Positions 44,301-55,208 of a stretch of 64,000 nt of DNA are shown piece after piece (the first letter of the stretch is position 1; each line of letters starts with the position of its first letter). Both the position numbers and the translations under genes were made by a program. Under the pieces are notes generated by a model, which saw only the letters and a list, made by a program, of their open reading frames with translations, had not been told where the DNA came from and ran no database searches. The DNA lies in contig CBFFSA010000001.1 of the NCBI GenBank assembly GCA_965644495.1, positions 186,001 through 250,000 on the forward strand, in the 5' to 3' direction. Source of the stretch: Perkinsela sp. CCAP 1560/9. Lineage: Eukaryota; Protista; Euglenozoa: Kinetoplastea.

Positions 44301-47300
44301 TTTTTTGTTTATCATGCAGTATGACTGCACAGATTGTCACCTAAGAGAAATACACGTAGATCATGCATAAACCCCGCACAAAACGGGTTTCCCTTAAGCT
44401 TTTCATCATCGCTATATGCTGGCTTCCGTCCAGCTCGGGTTATCGCGGTTTTGAAAAATCGCGAAACTTCCTCGTATTGCTCTTTTGACAAGCTTCTGTC
44501 GACATTGCGAGGCGGTGGCCTTGCTACCTCCGAAAAGTGAGTTGAGCGCTCGCGTAGAGGAGTTGAGCTTCCCTCTGGCCCCCACTTCGATGACAAGAAG
44601 AAAGGTTGCCGGGTTAGTCATTTTCCTTTCGAGAAACAGATTCCCGTACTTCCGCACTTTCCGCTCATGTGAGGATAAAAAGTTTTCCTCCCACGGAGAA
44701 GTGAGCTCAAGTATGAACTCAGTACCATTATGTAGCTTGATCCACCCATCAGGTCTAAGGGCCGTGTCCTGTTGACTTGGCCATGTTCGGGGGTTTCGGT
44801 AAAGAGAAAGATCAAAGTGGTACTGCGCTGTTTCTGGGGATGCTCTTACGGCATCTGCGATAGCGTGGAGTATAAGATCATGGCGGAACGTGTAGCGGCC
44901 CTGTTCAAGGGCCACCTTGCACCCTGTGAGGACATGTCGAACTGTCTGCACCTCCTCATTGCAAATGGGACACTTTGTGTCCGTGTGCGTACTTAGACCC
45001 CAACGACGCAGTGCTGAACGAGTAGGTAGTGGTGTTTGGGTCAACACAGATGCAGTAAACCGGGAGAGTGCCTCACTGTTGATGTTACATACCGCAGCAG
45101 CAAAGTCTTTCGCAAGTTCGTCCTCAGTGGCCATACGGAACCACTGTGCCGCTATGGGAGCCCGTCGTTGCACGGATTCGGAAAGGTGTCGCTCGTATTC
45201 ACTCTCAATGAACCGCCGTGTCGCCACACGGTCTTCTCGTCGGTCGTACAGTTCAACTACTGGTTGGACGTGTCCCGTTGAGCGCTTGTGCAGTTCCCTG
45301 CGGATGCGGTGTCTTAAAGCCTGTTGCACAGCCGGGTCACGAGATTTCTGCATTTGCTCGACCAGTGTACTCGTGCAGAGTATCCACAGCTTTGAGAAAC
45401 TAGTTAAGGCCCACCCCCGCTCAGAATAGAGAAGTTCGCTGGTTGCAGTTTTGGCCATATTCACCCATTTCCGAATGTGTGTAGTCGCAAGCTTTTGCAG
45501 CCGCAGGATGAAATTCAGTGTGATTCCAGGATTTACCGTCAGAACGTAGCGTAGACGGGAAATAATGACGTTATTGTAGACCCAGAGGCGGGCGGGCGTA
45601 TCCATGGCACTTTCAGATACGTTGGTAAGCCAGTGGCGTAGTTGTGTACGGAGACTCTTGAACAACACTTTCCCTTGTTGGGCTCCAGGCGCTAGCGTCA
45701 TGCCCAGAAACTGGCTGCCTTTGTCGCAAACGTGGGGTATGCTTTCGCCGCCGGCACGGATGCGCGGTCTGTGGGTTTTGTATCCTCCATCCGCTACAGC
45801 CATATACTGAAGCCGACATTTCTGTACATTTAGCCGCATGCCTAATCTGGCGAGCACCTTTACCAGGGCGTTAGTAACATGCTGCATTTCTTCGGGTGAT
45901 TTGGTAATGACGGCAAGGTCGTCCGCAAACGCCTTAAGGAATGATTCTTGCCCGCCCCATGTGATGCCATATCCTGGAAAGCTGGATCGAAGGTACCTTA
46001 AAACTACCTCCATCGCAAGGTTGAATAGCACAGGAGATAGGGTGTCGCCTTGAAGAACGCCTCGTTCAACGGGAATGTGGTTAGTCAACCCCTCAGCACA
46101 CTTGACTCGGAGAGAAGCACTGGTATAGAGGGAGTGAACATATTCGATGATAATCGGCGACACCTTTGCCCATTGTAATACTTGGAAGAGGATCGAGTGT
46201 GGAAGAGAACCAAAGGCGTTTTTCAGGTCGAATTGACCCAAGCAGTATTGCCGTTTGTGCTGCCTCTGAAAATCCAGCAGTTCACAAAGCGCTTGCGTGT
46301 GTTCGATGGTTCCATTGACATTGGGGAGAAAGCTTTTTTGTATGGTCGTGTCGATGATCCCTGTGCTGACAGCGTGACTCAGAAGTTTGTGTCCTATGAT
46401 TGAGTGGAGTAGCTTCCCCAGACAGCTGGTCAGGCTGATAGGGCGCCAGTTCGACAGTTTATCCGTAGCCCCCCCTTTGTGGATGAGTCGAGTCACCGCT
46501 TGTTTCCAGTGGGTTGGACCTACGGAGTGTTTGAGTAGGTCGTTGAATACTTGGGCGATGAAGGGGTACAGCTCAGTGCAGCGTCGGAGGAAGGCGTTAC
46601 TTATGGTGTCAGGACCTGGTGCAGCGGACGGTCGCTTGGAGGAGATAGCCGCGGCTATGGTTTGCACGTCAATATCTTCCCACTTCATTTCGCTTTCGTT
46701 TCCAGCGCCAAGAAGATCAGTGGGGGGTAGAGTGTGGGTTTCGTTGCCAATGCTTAGTGTGTCCTTGAAGAACGTTTCAATAACTGCCTGTGGACAATTC
46801 GGGAAAATCGTTGGCTGTTTTCGCATCTTCTCGTTATTGTCGAGGCATTCCCCTCCTGCGGTCCAGGGGTTCCGTTGAAATCTGTCCGTCACCCATCTTT
46901 TCTCCCTTTCACGTCGCAGGAGATTTGCTTCTTCTGTGTAGAGGTTGCGGGCTTTCGTGGCTTCTTTTATGTTGCGTATCAGGCGATCTCTTTCCGAGCG
47001 GCCGTGTGTGTAAGAGAGGGTACGTTTTAATTGGCGGATATGTCCAGAAAGTTCCTTTGCTGAGCGATCGTAGCTGAGAGGTCGTGAAGCACGTTTGGTG
47101 TGGCCAGTCGTCGAACGCAGCTTGAATCCTTTCGTTGGGTCAGCCTCCCGCGCGATTTCATAAGCCGAGACTGCTATGCAGGCAGTTAACAAATCGGCAT
47201 GTCGCAGTGCTTCAGTTGGGGTTGCAGCTGGTTTAAGGTATTTCTCACATCGTTCGAACGACTTCTTGATTGCGCGTTGCCATTGCTCATGAGAAAGACT

Positions 47301-49317
47301 AGCCATTACTCGCCCTCCTTCAATCGTACGCAAGGTACTCAGCAAGTCTTCCGCAGTTTCTGGGCTTCCTGAACGATCGTTGCACGTTCTCATCCGTTGT
47401 GATTGCAGAATCGTGCGTACATTCGGTATACTATTTGGTTGCGTGTCATGATGTGGTAAATCCTGCTGTGTTGTACCCTGCACCTGTGTCTCGGTTTCTT
47501 CAATCACATCTATTCGGGCCTGTGTGTGATGTGCGGTCGTTTCGGCTTGCTGTTGGTCCTGTGGCATGTTCCTGTGCGTCTCGGGGTAACGTTGCGCTGC
47601 GGATCCGGTTGCATGGCCATCCCTTGTGCGTGCAGGGGCTGTGTTTTCGTTGGTACGCGTGCTCCCTGTGGTGAAGCCCCATGAAAGAAGATTGCGCAGG
47701 CTCCAGCGACTCGAGCCCGATCGGGGATCTTTAACTGGGCTTTGGACACCTTCCTTACAACACTTGTGCTTACATTCTTCCTTGTTGTGGCACAGGTGTT
47801 TGTAGGGTTTGTGCGAGGATTCTTCCCCCTCCGGTACCGTAGATGTGTCAGAAATTTTCCTTGCAGATGTTGGCTGTATGTGCTGCGCGTGCAGATTACG
47901 AGTGGAGGCAACATAGGTTTCATTATGTGGAATTCCAGGTCTACTGGGGTCGGTGGGTGTAGAACTATCGACCAGCACGCCAACTTTGCAACATCCATGT
48001 TTGCAATTCTGTTTGTCCCGACAGACATGCTTGCATGGCCGCCTTGTTGTGCTGTACATAGTCTGGTGTGGCTCATCTCGTAGTTGTGTCGAGTCGGTGT
48101 GGGGACTCTGAATCGTTCCCGTGGGTCGGTGCGTGCCTGCTTGAGAGGCCGGATCACATTCACCGCCTATTTTGCAACATGGGTGAAGGCATGTTAGTTT
48201 GTTTAGACAACGATACGCGCAGGGCTGTGAAAGCGTATACCCAGGTCTGGAGGCTGTTTGCTGCACTGCTACTAGAGCAGTAGGAGCCGCTTCAACGAGC
48301 TGACGAGCATTCAGATCGGAGGCAGGGTCGGTAATAGGCTCGGGTTCAATGCCCACTTTACAGCACGGATGTAGACATATTCGTTTGCTTAGGCATCGGT
48401 GTGCGCACGGCTGCGAACGCGTGGACTCAGGTCGTCTGCACGCTGTTGAATGTGGCGAAGCGTCAACCATGGAACCTGCTTCACCGAGCTGGCGCGCGTT
48501 CGGATCGGAGGCAGGGTCGGGAATGGGTTCGGATTCAATGCCCACTTTACAGCATGGATGGAGACATGTTAGTTTGTTTAGGCATCGGTGCGCGCACGGC
48601 TGCGTACGTAACGACCGTGTTCCTCGAGAATCATTCGGTTGCCTCGGCGCGCGAATTGCGAGTGGCTCATCATACGAGATCTTGGGATTTTCCCAAGGGA
48701 TTTCGTCGGACGTCTGTTCCCTCTGCGATACGTGGGTTATGTCGAAGGATGCCAATCCTGGGATATCGTGACCAGCCAGTTTCTTCTTAATCGCCCTACC
48801 GAGTGTGCCAGGGCAAGAGTATTGTTGGCTGAGATTCAGGACTTCGTCTGCGTGCGCCGCGGTCCAGCTGGCGTGTCGAAAAATGCGGTGGGGCGGCGCA
48901 GTTTCTTTGAACACAAAGTGTTCACAAGCTTCTTCGTCCATCACTTCTTGTAAAGTACATTTCTCGATTAGAATACCATCGGTTCTCTTCGCTCCAGTAT
49001 CCAAAGTGCGTGCCAAGGAAAGCTCCGCTGTGATTTCTGTATTAAAGTGTTTCTTTTCAGTAAGGAAGGAGGCCGCCGCGTGAATATCGGAGAAGTATAT
49101 CCAAAGCGAGGAAGTCGAGTGTCTGATTTTAATCGGTATTGCGCGCTGCTGAGTGAAGTGGAAGCTGTGCTTACGCGATGATTTTGCGCCAGCAGATCCT
49201 CGAGGGAGGTCGCCTTGCGCTTGGGGGGCAGAGGTGGAGGGGGGAAGTGCCATGCCCCAGTAGGGGAGGATAACAGTTAGTACAAATGATGAAATAATTC
49301 AACAAGGTACAGAAACT
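44301..49317 (-). mobile_element. Probable full extent of the HERO-like element
   Basis: 5' end inferred at an SL-like 18-mer (49300-49317). 3' end inferred at A-rich ATAAACAAAAAA about 100 nt after the stop. No convincing TSD found. Confidence 0.6.
44412..49253 (-). CDS. HERO-like non-LTR retrotransposon polyprotein: zinc-finger array, RT, CCHC knuckle, restriction-like endonuclease
   Basis: Intact 1613-aa ORF. APGPD, NWRPISL, DLKNAFGSLPH, GVLQGDTLSPVLFN, AFADD, QFLG; CPIC...HVLTGC; GRYTFRHD...RPDG...ELTSPWEE...ERKVRKY...EVGARG (HERO-type RLE signature). Confidence 0.95.
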   Translation of the reverse strand: MALPPSTSAPQAQGDLPRGSAGAKSSRKHSFHFTQQRAIPIKIRHSTSSLWIYFSDIHAAASFLTEKKHFNTEITAELSLARTLDTGAKRTDGILIEKCTLQEVMDEEACEHFVFKETAPPHRIFRHASWTAAHADEVLNLSQQYSCPGTLGRAIKKKLAGHDIPGLASFDITHVSQREQTSDEIPWENPKISYDEPLAIRAPRQPNDSRGTRSLRTQPCAHRCLNKLTCLHPCCKVGIESEPIPDPASDPNARQLGEAGSMVDASPHSTACRRPESTRSQPCAHRCLSKRICLHPCCKVGIEPEPITDPASDLNARQLVEAAPTALVAVQQTASRPGYTLSQPCAYRCLNKLTCLHPCCKIGGECDPASQAGTHRPTGTIQSPHTDSTQLRDEPHQTMYSTTRRPCKHVCRDKQNCKHGCCKVGVLVDSSTPTDPSRPGIPHNETYVASTRNLHAQHIQPTSARKISDTSTVPEGEESSHKPYKHLCHNKEECKHKCCKEGVQSPVKDPRSGSSRWSLRNLLSWGFTTGSTRTNENTAPARTRDGHATGSAAQRYPETHRNMPQDQQQAETTAHHTQARIDVIEETETQVQGTTQQDLPHHDTQPNSIPNVRTILQSQRMRTCNDRSGSPETAEDLLSTLRTIEGGRVMASLSHEQWQRAIKKSFERCEKYLKPAATPTEALRHADLLTACIAVSAYEIAREADPTKGFKLRSTTGHTKRASRPLSYDRSAKELSGHIRQLKRTLSYTHGRSERDRLIRNIKEATKARNLYTEEANLLRREREKRWVTDRFQRNPWTAGGECLDNNEKMRKQPTIFPNCPQAVIETFFKDTLSIGNETHTLPPTDLLGAGNESEMKWEDIDVQTIAAAISSKRPSAAPGPDTISNAFLRRCTELYPFIAQVFNDLLKHSVGPTHWKQAVTRLIHKGGATDKLSNWRPISLTSCLGKLLHSIIGHKLLSHAVSTGIIDTTIQKSFLPNVNGTIEHTQALCELLDFQRQHKRQYCLGQFDLKNAFGSLPHSILFQVLQWAKVSPIIIEYVHSLYTSASLRVKCAEGLTNHIPVERGVLQGDTLSPVLFNLAMEVVLRYLRSSFPGYGITWGGQESFLKAFADDLAVITKSPEEMQHVTNALVKVLARLGMRLNVQKCRLQYMAVADGGYKTHRPRIRAGGESIPHVCDKGSQFLGMTLAPGAQQGKVLFKSLRTQLRHWLTNVSESAMDTPARLWVYNNVIISRLRYVLTVNPGITLNFILRLQKLATTHIRKWVNMAKTATSELLYSERGWALTSFSKLWILCTSTLVEQMQKSRDPAVQQALRHRIRRELHKRSTGHVQPVVELYDRREDRVATRRFIESEYERHLSESVQRRAPIAAQWFRMATEDELAKDFAAAVCNINSEALSRFTASVLTQTPLPTRSALRRWGLSTHTDTKCPICNEEVQTVRHVLTGCKVALEQGRYTFRHDLILHAIADAVRASPETAQYHFDLSLYRNPRTWPSQQDTALRPDGWIKLHNGTEFILELTSPWEENFLSSHERKVRKYGNLFLERKMTNPATFLLVIEVGARGKLNSSTRALNSLFGGSKATASQCRQKLVKRAIRGSFAIFQNRDNPSWTEASI

Positions 49318-50022
49318 TTAGTCCACTAGGATAAAGTACCAATGTAATATTCTCATAACTTTCTACAGTTATTATGAGTTGTTGAAGTAAAGCATAAAGA
49401 AGAATATGTAAATGCAAAAGTAGCCGTATCATTCCACCCCGTTAAAAGGAAGCATATATAAAAAGGAAGCATTCAGTCAGAATAGCTCAGTCCCTGTGAG
49501 CAGTATACTACTCTACATGTGTATTTCCATACGTTTTTGAAAACGTTAAGCAGTTCGATCATTTTGAAGAATAAGCAATGCAGCAAATTTGCAGTAAAAA
49601 TCTGCGCACATACATGTATTAATATGTAACAGCATTTCAGAAGTAAAGCACATTGAGTATTTTCTCCGCTAAGCACAAGTTTCTTTCTCTATGCGTAAAA
49701 AGAAATGTTAAGCAAATATCCATTTCGAAAGCACATTCGAGCCTCTAAAGCTACTATTTCAAAAAGTGGGAAGTCTATTCACGACCGCGTTGGTACCCCG
49801 GCTTTTTACTAGGGGTTTTCATTTTGAGACGAACCTGTTCGTCGATCAATCGACCATTCTTCAGCTCATGACCGCGTATCCCGCGATGCTTGCATGAACC
49901 ACGTGGTGCATTGGGATACAGCGGCTGTATACAGCCACGTTTTCCAGTTACGCCCCCGTATGGCAGGCGAACGGGGCTTATGTCCCGAACCTGACGTACT
50001 TTTACGAGGACCAATCAACTTC

Positions 50023-50899
50023 TTACACAACAATATTCTTATTTCCGCGATCCTTGGAGTCGTCGAGCATAAGCTGCTCGAGAGTTTCCGTGTCCACCTG
50101 CGCCGCGTCGTGCGTGAGGCGATGGGAGAGGAGTTCGGCCTCTACCTTGCACAGTATGGTCCATAAGGAGATGCGGACCGCCTCGTTTTTAACGCCAGGT
50201 ATCGGCGTCCCCGCTGCGAGCTCGGTTAGCACCCGGGCGCAGTTGACCGTCTCAGGCCAAGGCTGTCACGGACCTTCTTGGTCGCTGCTGTCAGCCACGG
50301 TTCGGAGCTAAAACCCGACTGCGTCAAGCAGTCAAGAAGCGGGTCATCGCGCGTACCGATGATGTCACGGAACGCCCCACGCACATCCTTGTGGTTCTTT
50401 TCTTCAGTTGGTACATCTTCAGTACGTGACGTAGCTTCAGTACCGACAAGACTGCGCTTCACCACCGACAAGAAGGCTTCACGCAACTCCTTTGCATTGT
50501 GTTCCCCGCGATTAGCAGTCTTTCGGTCTTGATGCTCTTGGTCTGTTCTCCCGCGGTCAAGCTTCCTTCCAGTATACTGTGTTCGTCTCGCAGAGCGACT
50601 AATACAGAGTTCGGTATATCTGGCGAGAAAAAAGCACCGCGGATCAGCGCACTCAACGCTTTGCGAATAGCAAGGATACCACGCGCTGTAGCTCCAGACG
50701 CGGCACTTGCAGCCGCGATTTCCAAGAGCGGTTCGGTCGTTATTTTTGTTCTTATGAACTCCGTGGCTTGCGGGAGTAGCTGGAGAAGGTCCTCCCGAAC
50801 AGTCACTCCCAAGCGCTTTAGGGAACATACTCCGCGAAAGGCAGACTCAAGAGATGCAGCTGTGTTGTCTGGTCTAAGTTCGGGAAGAGCTTCGCTCAT
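50023..50899 (-). pseudogene. Frameshifted ORF of unknown function (about 290 aa in three frames)
   Basis: Overlapping minus-strand ORFs 50459-50899, 50226-50828 and 50023-50232 give consecutive helical, protein-like segments. Confidence 0.45.
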
Positions 50900-51311
50900 A
50901 AGATAAGGTTAACAGATGGTATATCAGTTAACAGATGGTACATACGTATTAGAAGCTACGCATAAGTTCAAGTCTCGCTTTTGTAGACGTATATACAGTA
51001 GAAGTCGAGATGCTCATGTGATTATTGTGTAACAGTATGAAACGTTTTGTTAACGTTCTAAATTAGATTAACGCATATTAGTTTACATAAACCATGCGCA
51101 ACTTTTCGCTATTCGTCAATCATTTCAGTAGAGTACATGTATACATTTATGTACTGTAGGCTCTCTCACTGTGGTTTATTAGGTCACTATAGACCATACG
51201 GCATAAGGAAGTGACAGTGAGTACATTTTTCTTCTGAACCAGAAGGCTTCTGAAACGTTTTTCTCACATTGGAGATACCAGTATCTAGTTTGGATCTTTT
51301 AACATTCCGGA

Positions 51312-51485
51312 AGGCATGTTTTAAGGAGCCTTTGCTCCACGCGCCCCGTGGCGCACCTTCTTCGATCGTATTCAGTGAGAGGCATATTCTAAGGAGTCTG
51401 TGCTCCACGCGCTCCGTGGAGCACCTTCTTCACTCCTATTCAGTGAGTGAGGCATATTCCGAGGAGTCCGCTGTACACGCCCGGT
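51312..51485. repeat. About 2.5 copies of a ~69-bp tandem repeat containing a hairpin
   Basis: AGGCAT.TT..AAGGAG...TGCTCCACGCGC.CCGTGG.GCACCTTCTTC...TATTCAGTGAG units. Confidence 0.8.
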
Positions 51486-51603
51486 AAAAATTCAACGTAT
51501 AGCAAAAAAGGAAGACGTATCGCGCATGCGCTGCGTCACCAGGACTCACATCCGACCTTTGCCCGTTGCAGGAAGTGCGCGTGACTGCCCGGAGCCGGTA
51601 CTA

Positions 51604-52232
51604 GTCAAGCACTACTTCCTATTACGAGCCGCGGTCTCATTTAACCCTGCAGGGACTAAGACCTATGGTCGGCACCCCCCCTCCTCCTTTTTCTTTTACG
51701 AATTACATGTTGCGCACTATACATAGTGACCTACTATACATACACCTACTATACCTACTATACATACTATGTATGTAGGTGTCCAAGGATTATCGTTTAT
51801 ATGAGATTATGTACGTGTATCCATATAAACCCCTGATTCATAAATCGTCCCTAATGTTAAAGTGGTAAAATATTTTTTTATTTTCTTAGTTTTCATGAGC
51901 TAAAAACAGCGGGAATGTACAGTTCTAAAAATTTTGAACGAAGACATGGTATGATAACCCTACCATGTCCCTTCACGCAAAAAATAAGGGGGGGAGGCGC
52001 CTTATTGGTGGCCAGGGGTTTATTACTTACATATTATATACTTACATATTACAAACGTATATACGTCTTTAATGGAATTCTGTATTATTAATAATATTTA
52101 TATTGGTACGCTGCGCTGCGTGGCTCTAGGTTCATTCCATCACTATTTCCACAATAATATTGCGGCCCCGGGCTTTGGACCGGAATTGCAGGGTTAAATG
52201 AGCCCGGCTCGTAATAGGAAGTTCAACTTGAC
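51604..52232. mobile_element. TA-flanked MITE with TIRs of about 50 bp
   Basis: TA|GTCAAG...ACTTCCTATTACGAGCCG...CTCATTTAACCCTGCA and its reverse complement ending CTTGAC|TA. Confidence 0.75.
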
Positions 52233-53275
52233 TAAAAAATTGATTTTTTTTCCGAATCGTTTTTCCTATTGTATTTTGAGAGTTTGGGACCTCTACTAGA
52301 TTTCTACGCCGATGTTTTCGCAAGATACCTCTTCTTGTAGTCGTGGTACGCCTCAAAAAATGACCCATTTTTGACTAAAAAATGCTAAAAAGTAATTTTC
52401 GAAGTGGTCCCTTTGCGTCGGAATAATGGTGTGGTTGGAGTTGCAATCTCGACCCATTACGTTATTCAGACTTTTATTCATGCCTACCAGTGATTTCCCA
52501 CAAGCAAATGTCGGATTTAGTGCTCTGAGGGAGAAAATATGCCCCTGTTTTTACCCGAAAATCGGCTATTTTTGTCTCAAATCCTTCCTGTTTCTTCCAC
52601 TTTCGAAGCCAATTTTTCCAGTTTCTTCGGCTTTCCTGGCCAAATTTACTTTTTTAGGCTCTTCGTTAAACGCGGAGGTAGTTTTTAACGCGAAGAGCGC
52701 AGCACGAGTGACTTCTAAGTTGAAAACAACCACCGCGTTTAACGAAGGGCCTAAAAAACTATGCACAGCTGCTTGCGTTGGCCCTTCTCGAAGTCTTTCT
52801 TCGAGCTCTACGTAAGCTTCCCTGCGCGCTTTACGTGTTTGCAAGTCATCACTTTGGACCGCTCCTTCGTTCTGCGAAGATTCATCAGCTGTATGCTCAT
52901 TTTCTGCAATACTATTACGCGATTTGCGTGATCGTCTAGAACGTGCACTAGGCATTAAACTGTAAAGTTATCAATTCCCGGAATTCCAAAAAAAACTGAA
53001 TTGTAAAGTAAATCAATTGCCACCACTAGTCTCACGAAAATAACAAAGTACAAAATACTGATAATGTAGGCAAAATAGTCACAAAATAGCAATCTGACGA
53101 TCTAGTGATACGAGAAAACCACGCCACGCAAAAAACATCCGAATTAGAATGCTGCTAAACATAAGCACGTGTTATTCCTTACTCTGAGTTAACGGTAAAT
53201 TACCTAGTTAATTAACTGTTAATTAGTTAATTAACTGTTAATTAGTCAATTAACTGCTAGGCTGTGGATGAACTT

Positions 53276-53498
53276 TTCATCTATTATTAACAATCGACCT
53301 TTTAGGCTTGTTTCCTACCCTAGTCACCACGAATAACCCCACTTTTACGAAACAAAAAGCTCCATGAAAGTTGGTTTTAGCGAATTTTCCTTTAGGGAAG
53401 CTGCAAAAAATGAAGGAAATTAATTTTTATTAATAATAGATGAATGTTAATAAATAAATTTAATAGATGAAATAAAACCATTGTTAATAATAGACGAA
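53276..53498. repeat. MITE-like inverted and sub-terminal repeats
   Basis: TTCATCTATTATTAACAAT versus ATTGTTAATAATAGACGAA, plus internal TAATAGATGAA copies. Confidence 0.55.
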
Positions 53499-53555
53499 CC
53501 CCCCCTTTACAATACAACTGTATGTACATACTTATGCACATATGAAATTATTCTA

Positions 53556-54611
53556 ATGGTATTAATGCGGAGCGTTGTCCATGTGTTAGGGTATGAACAC
53601 CAGAAGCGACCCTCTAAGATACATAGGGCTGTGCTTGCTCCGGAATTTCATTTGGCCCGTCTCGTGGCAAATCTAACCAATCCACATGTAACTTGGGTAG
53701 TAGACAATCCTGCTTGTAAGTGGGATGGAATCAATGTACTCGAAAGCGGGGAAATTGACGAAATAGAATGGGAACACCGTGCTCTGCAAGGACGTATGAA
53801 TTTTGCATATCTTCCTAAAACAGTAAAATGGGTAGATGTAAACAACAATCTTCTTACCGGATCTATAAATCTGGGGCACGAAGCGAAAAAACTTGAAACC
53901 ATATACCTAGATGACAATCGGCTAGATGGAGAACTTGCTCTAGGAGAACTTCCGCGCACTTTACTGAGTCTATGGGGAAGATTTAATCAGTGTCACGGGG
54001 AACTCAACTTGATCGCCTTACCTCCCACAATAATAGATCTTTTGTTAGACTGGAATAGATTTTCCGGTGTCGTATTTTTTGAGTCCTTGCCTTCGACCTT
54101 ATCACAACTGTTTCTGGATCATAATATGCTCGAAGGAAACCTTGACTTAAGTGTCCTTCCCAATTCAATGAACATATTATCGCTGCACAATAACTCCTTT
54201 ACCGGACGGTTAGATTTTTCACGTGTTCCCTCGTCAATGGAGCAGCTAGCCCTGGCAAGAAATAAATTTGAGGGCGAAGTTGACATCTCTCAGATGCCAG
54301 ACTCGACCTACTTCGTATCCATTTTTGATAATCATGTCACACTTTACGTTGACAAAGAACGGGTCCCGCACGACCTTAAAAAGATTTGTGTCTATGATCC
54401 TCCTAGAAAGAACTTAAAAATCAGTAGCCTTCCGACACGGTTTGCAAAATGGGACACAGAAAAACATGTGTGGTACGCTTATCGTAAAAACGTTTCCGAC
54501 CAAATGCCTTTCGAACGCAACAAGAAAATTAAACAAACCGATAAATTGGTGTCGAGTGATCGATGGTGGGAATCTCTTGACATCAGTCACTGGGAAAAAT
54601 TTACTGTGTGA
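53556..54611 (+). CDS. Leucine-rich repeat protein
   Basis: ACKWDGI cap and about 7 LRRs; first plausible ATG at 53556. Confidence 0.88.
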   Translation: MVLMRSVVHVLGYEHQKRPSKIHRAVLAPEFHLARLVANLTNPHVTWVVDNPACKWDGINVLESGEIDEIEWEHRALQGRMNFAYLPKTVKWVDVNNNLLTGSINLGHEAKKLETIYLDDNRLDGELALGELPRTLLSLWGRFNQCHGELNLIALPPTIIDLLLDWNRFSGVVFFESLPSTLSQLFLDHNMLEGNLDLSVLPNSMNILSLHNNSFTGRLDFSRVPSSMEQLALARNKFEGEVDISQMPDSTYFVSIFDNHVTLYVDKERVPHDLKKICVYDPPRKNLKISSLPTRFAKWDTEKHVWYAYRKNVSDQMPFERNKKIKQTDKLVSSDRWWESLDISHWEKFTV

Positions 54612-54838
54612 GAGCAAAGTTAAAGGAAATAAAAACAAAAGCATGTCAAATATTCTTACATGTATTCTTACATCTTGTATGCTATCGTATGTTATATGTT
54701 TACTAATAGAAAATTTCTATCGTATACAGTTCAGTCATAGAACTCCGAGTGCAATGTACTATAGCCAAAATTTTGTGTTTACCGAGGTATTGGCTATTTT
54801 TATAATTTTTAAAATTATATTTTGTATACGCGCATGCT

Positions 54839-55030
54839 ATGTCCTCCGAAACGGACCCCACATTTCACGAAGGTACGAGTTGCTGCATCAACTCGGTAAC
54901 GGTGCATATGATGTGGTTTGGAAGACAGTCGATCGTCATACCCGACGTTTGGTAGCGGCAAAGAAGATCTTCGACGCTTTTCAAAACTCTACCGATGCTC
55001 AACGCACGTTTCGCGAAGTAATGTTTCTAC
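54839..55030 (+). pseudogene. Truncated ERK7/8 (MAPK15)-type MAP kinase fragment
   Basis: MSSETDP, then a 1-bp frameshift, then [22 protein letters not shown]...[23 protein letters not shown], cut off by a TIR. GAYG is changed to GAYD. Confidence 0.85.
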
Positions 55031-55208
55031 CGGGGATCCGAATAACTAAACTTATGTATTTATTATTGAGGGAGATACCGTATCTCCCTCAACCGTATCA
55101 TACGGTCAGTATCTAACTCGCTTACTAAGGTTAATTCCGCGAGCCCAAAATGGGCATAAAACGAGCACAAAAACAACTTTGTGCATGAAAGGACTCTTTC
55201 TGCATGAA

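Noticed and set aside
52566-52955. 129-aa antisense ORF
   Set aside because: No recognisable domain and it lies between repeats, so no product can be supported.
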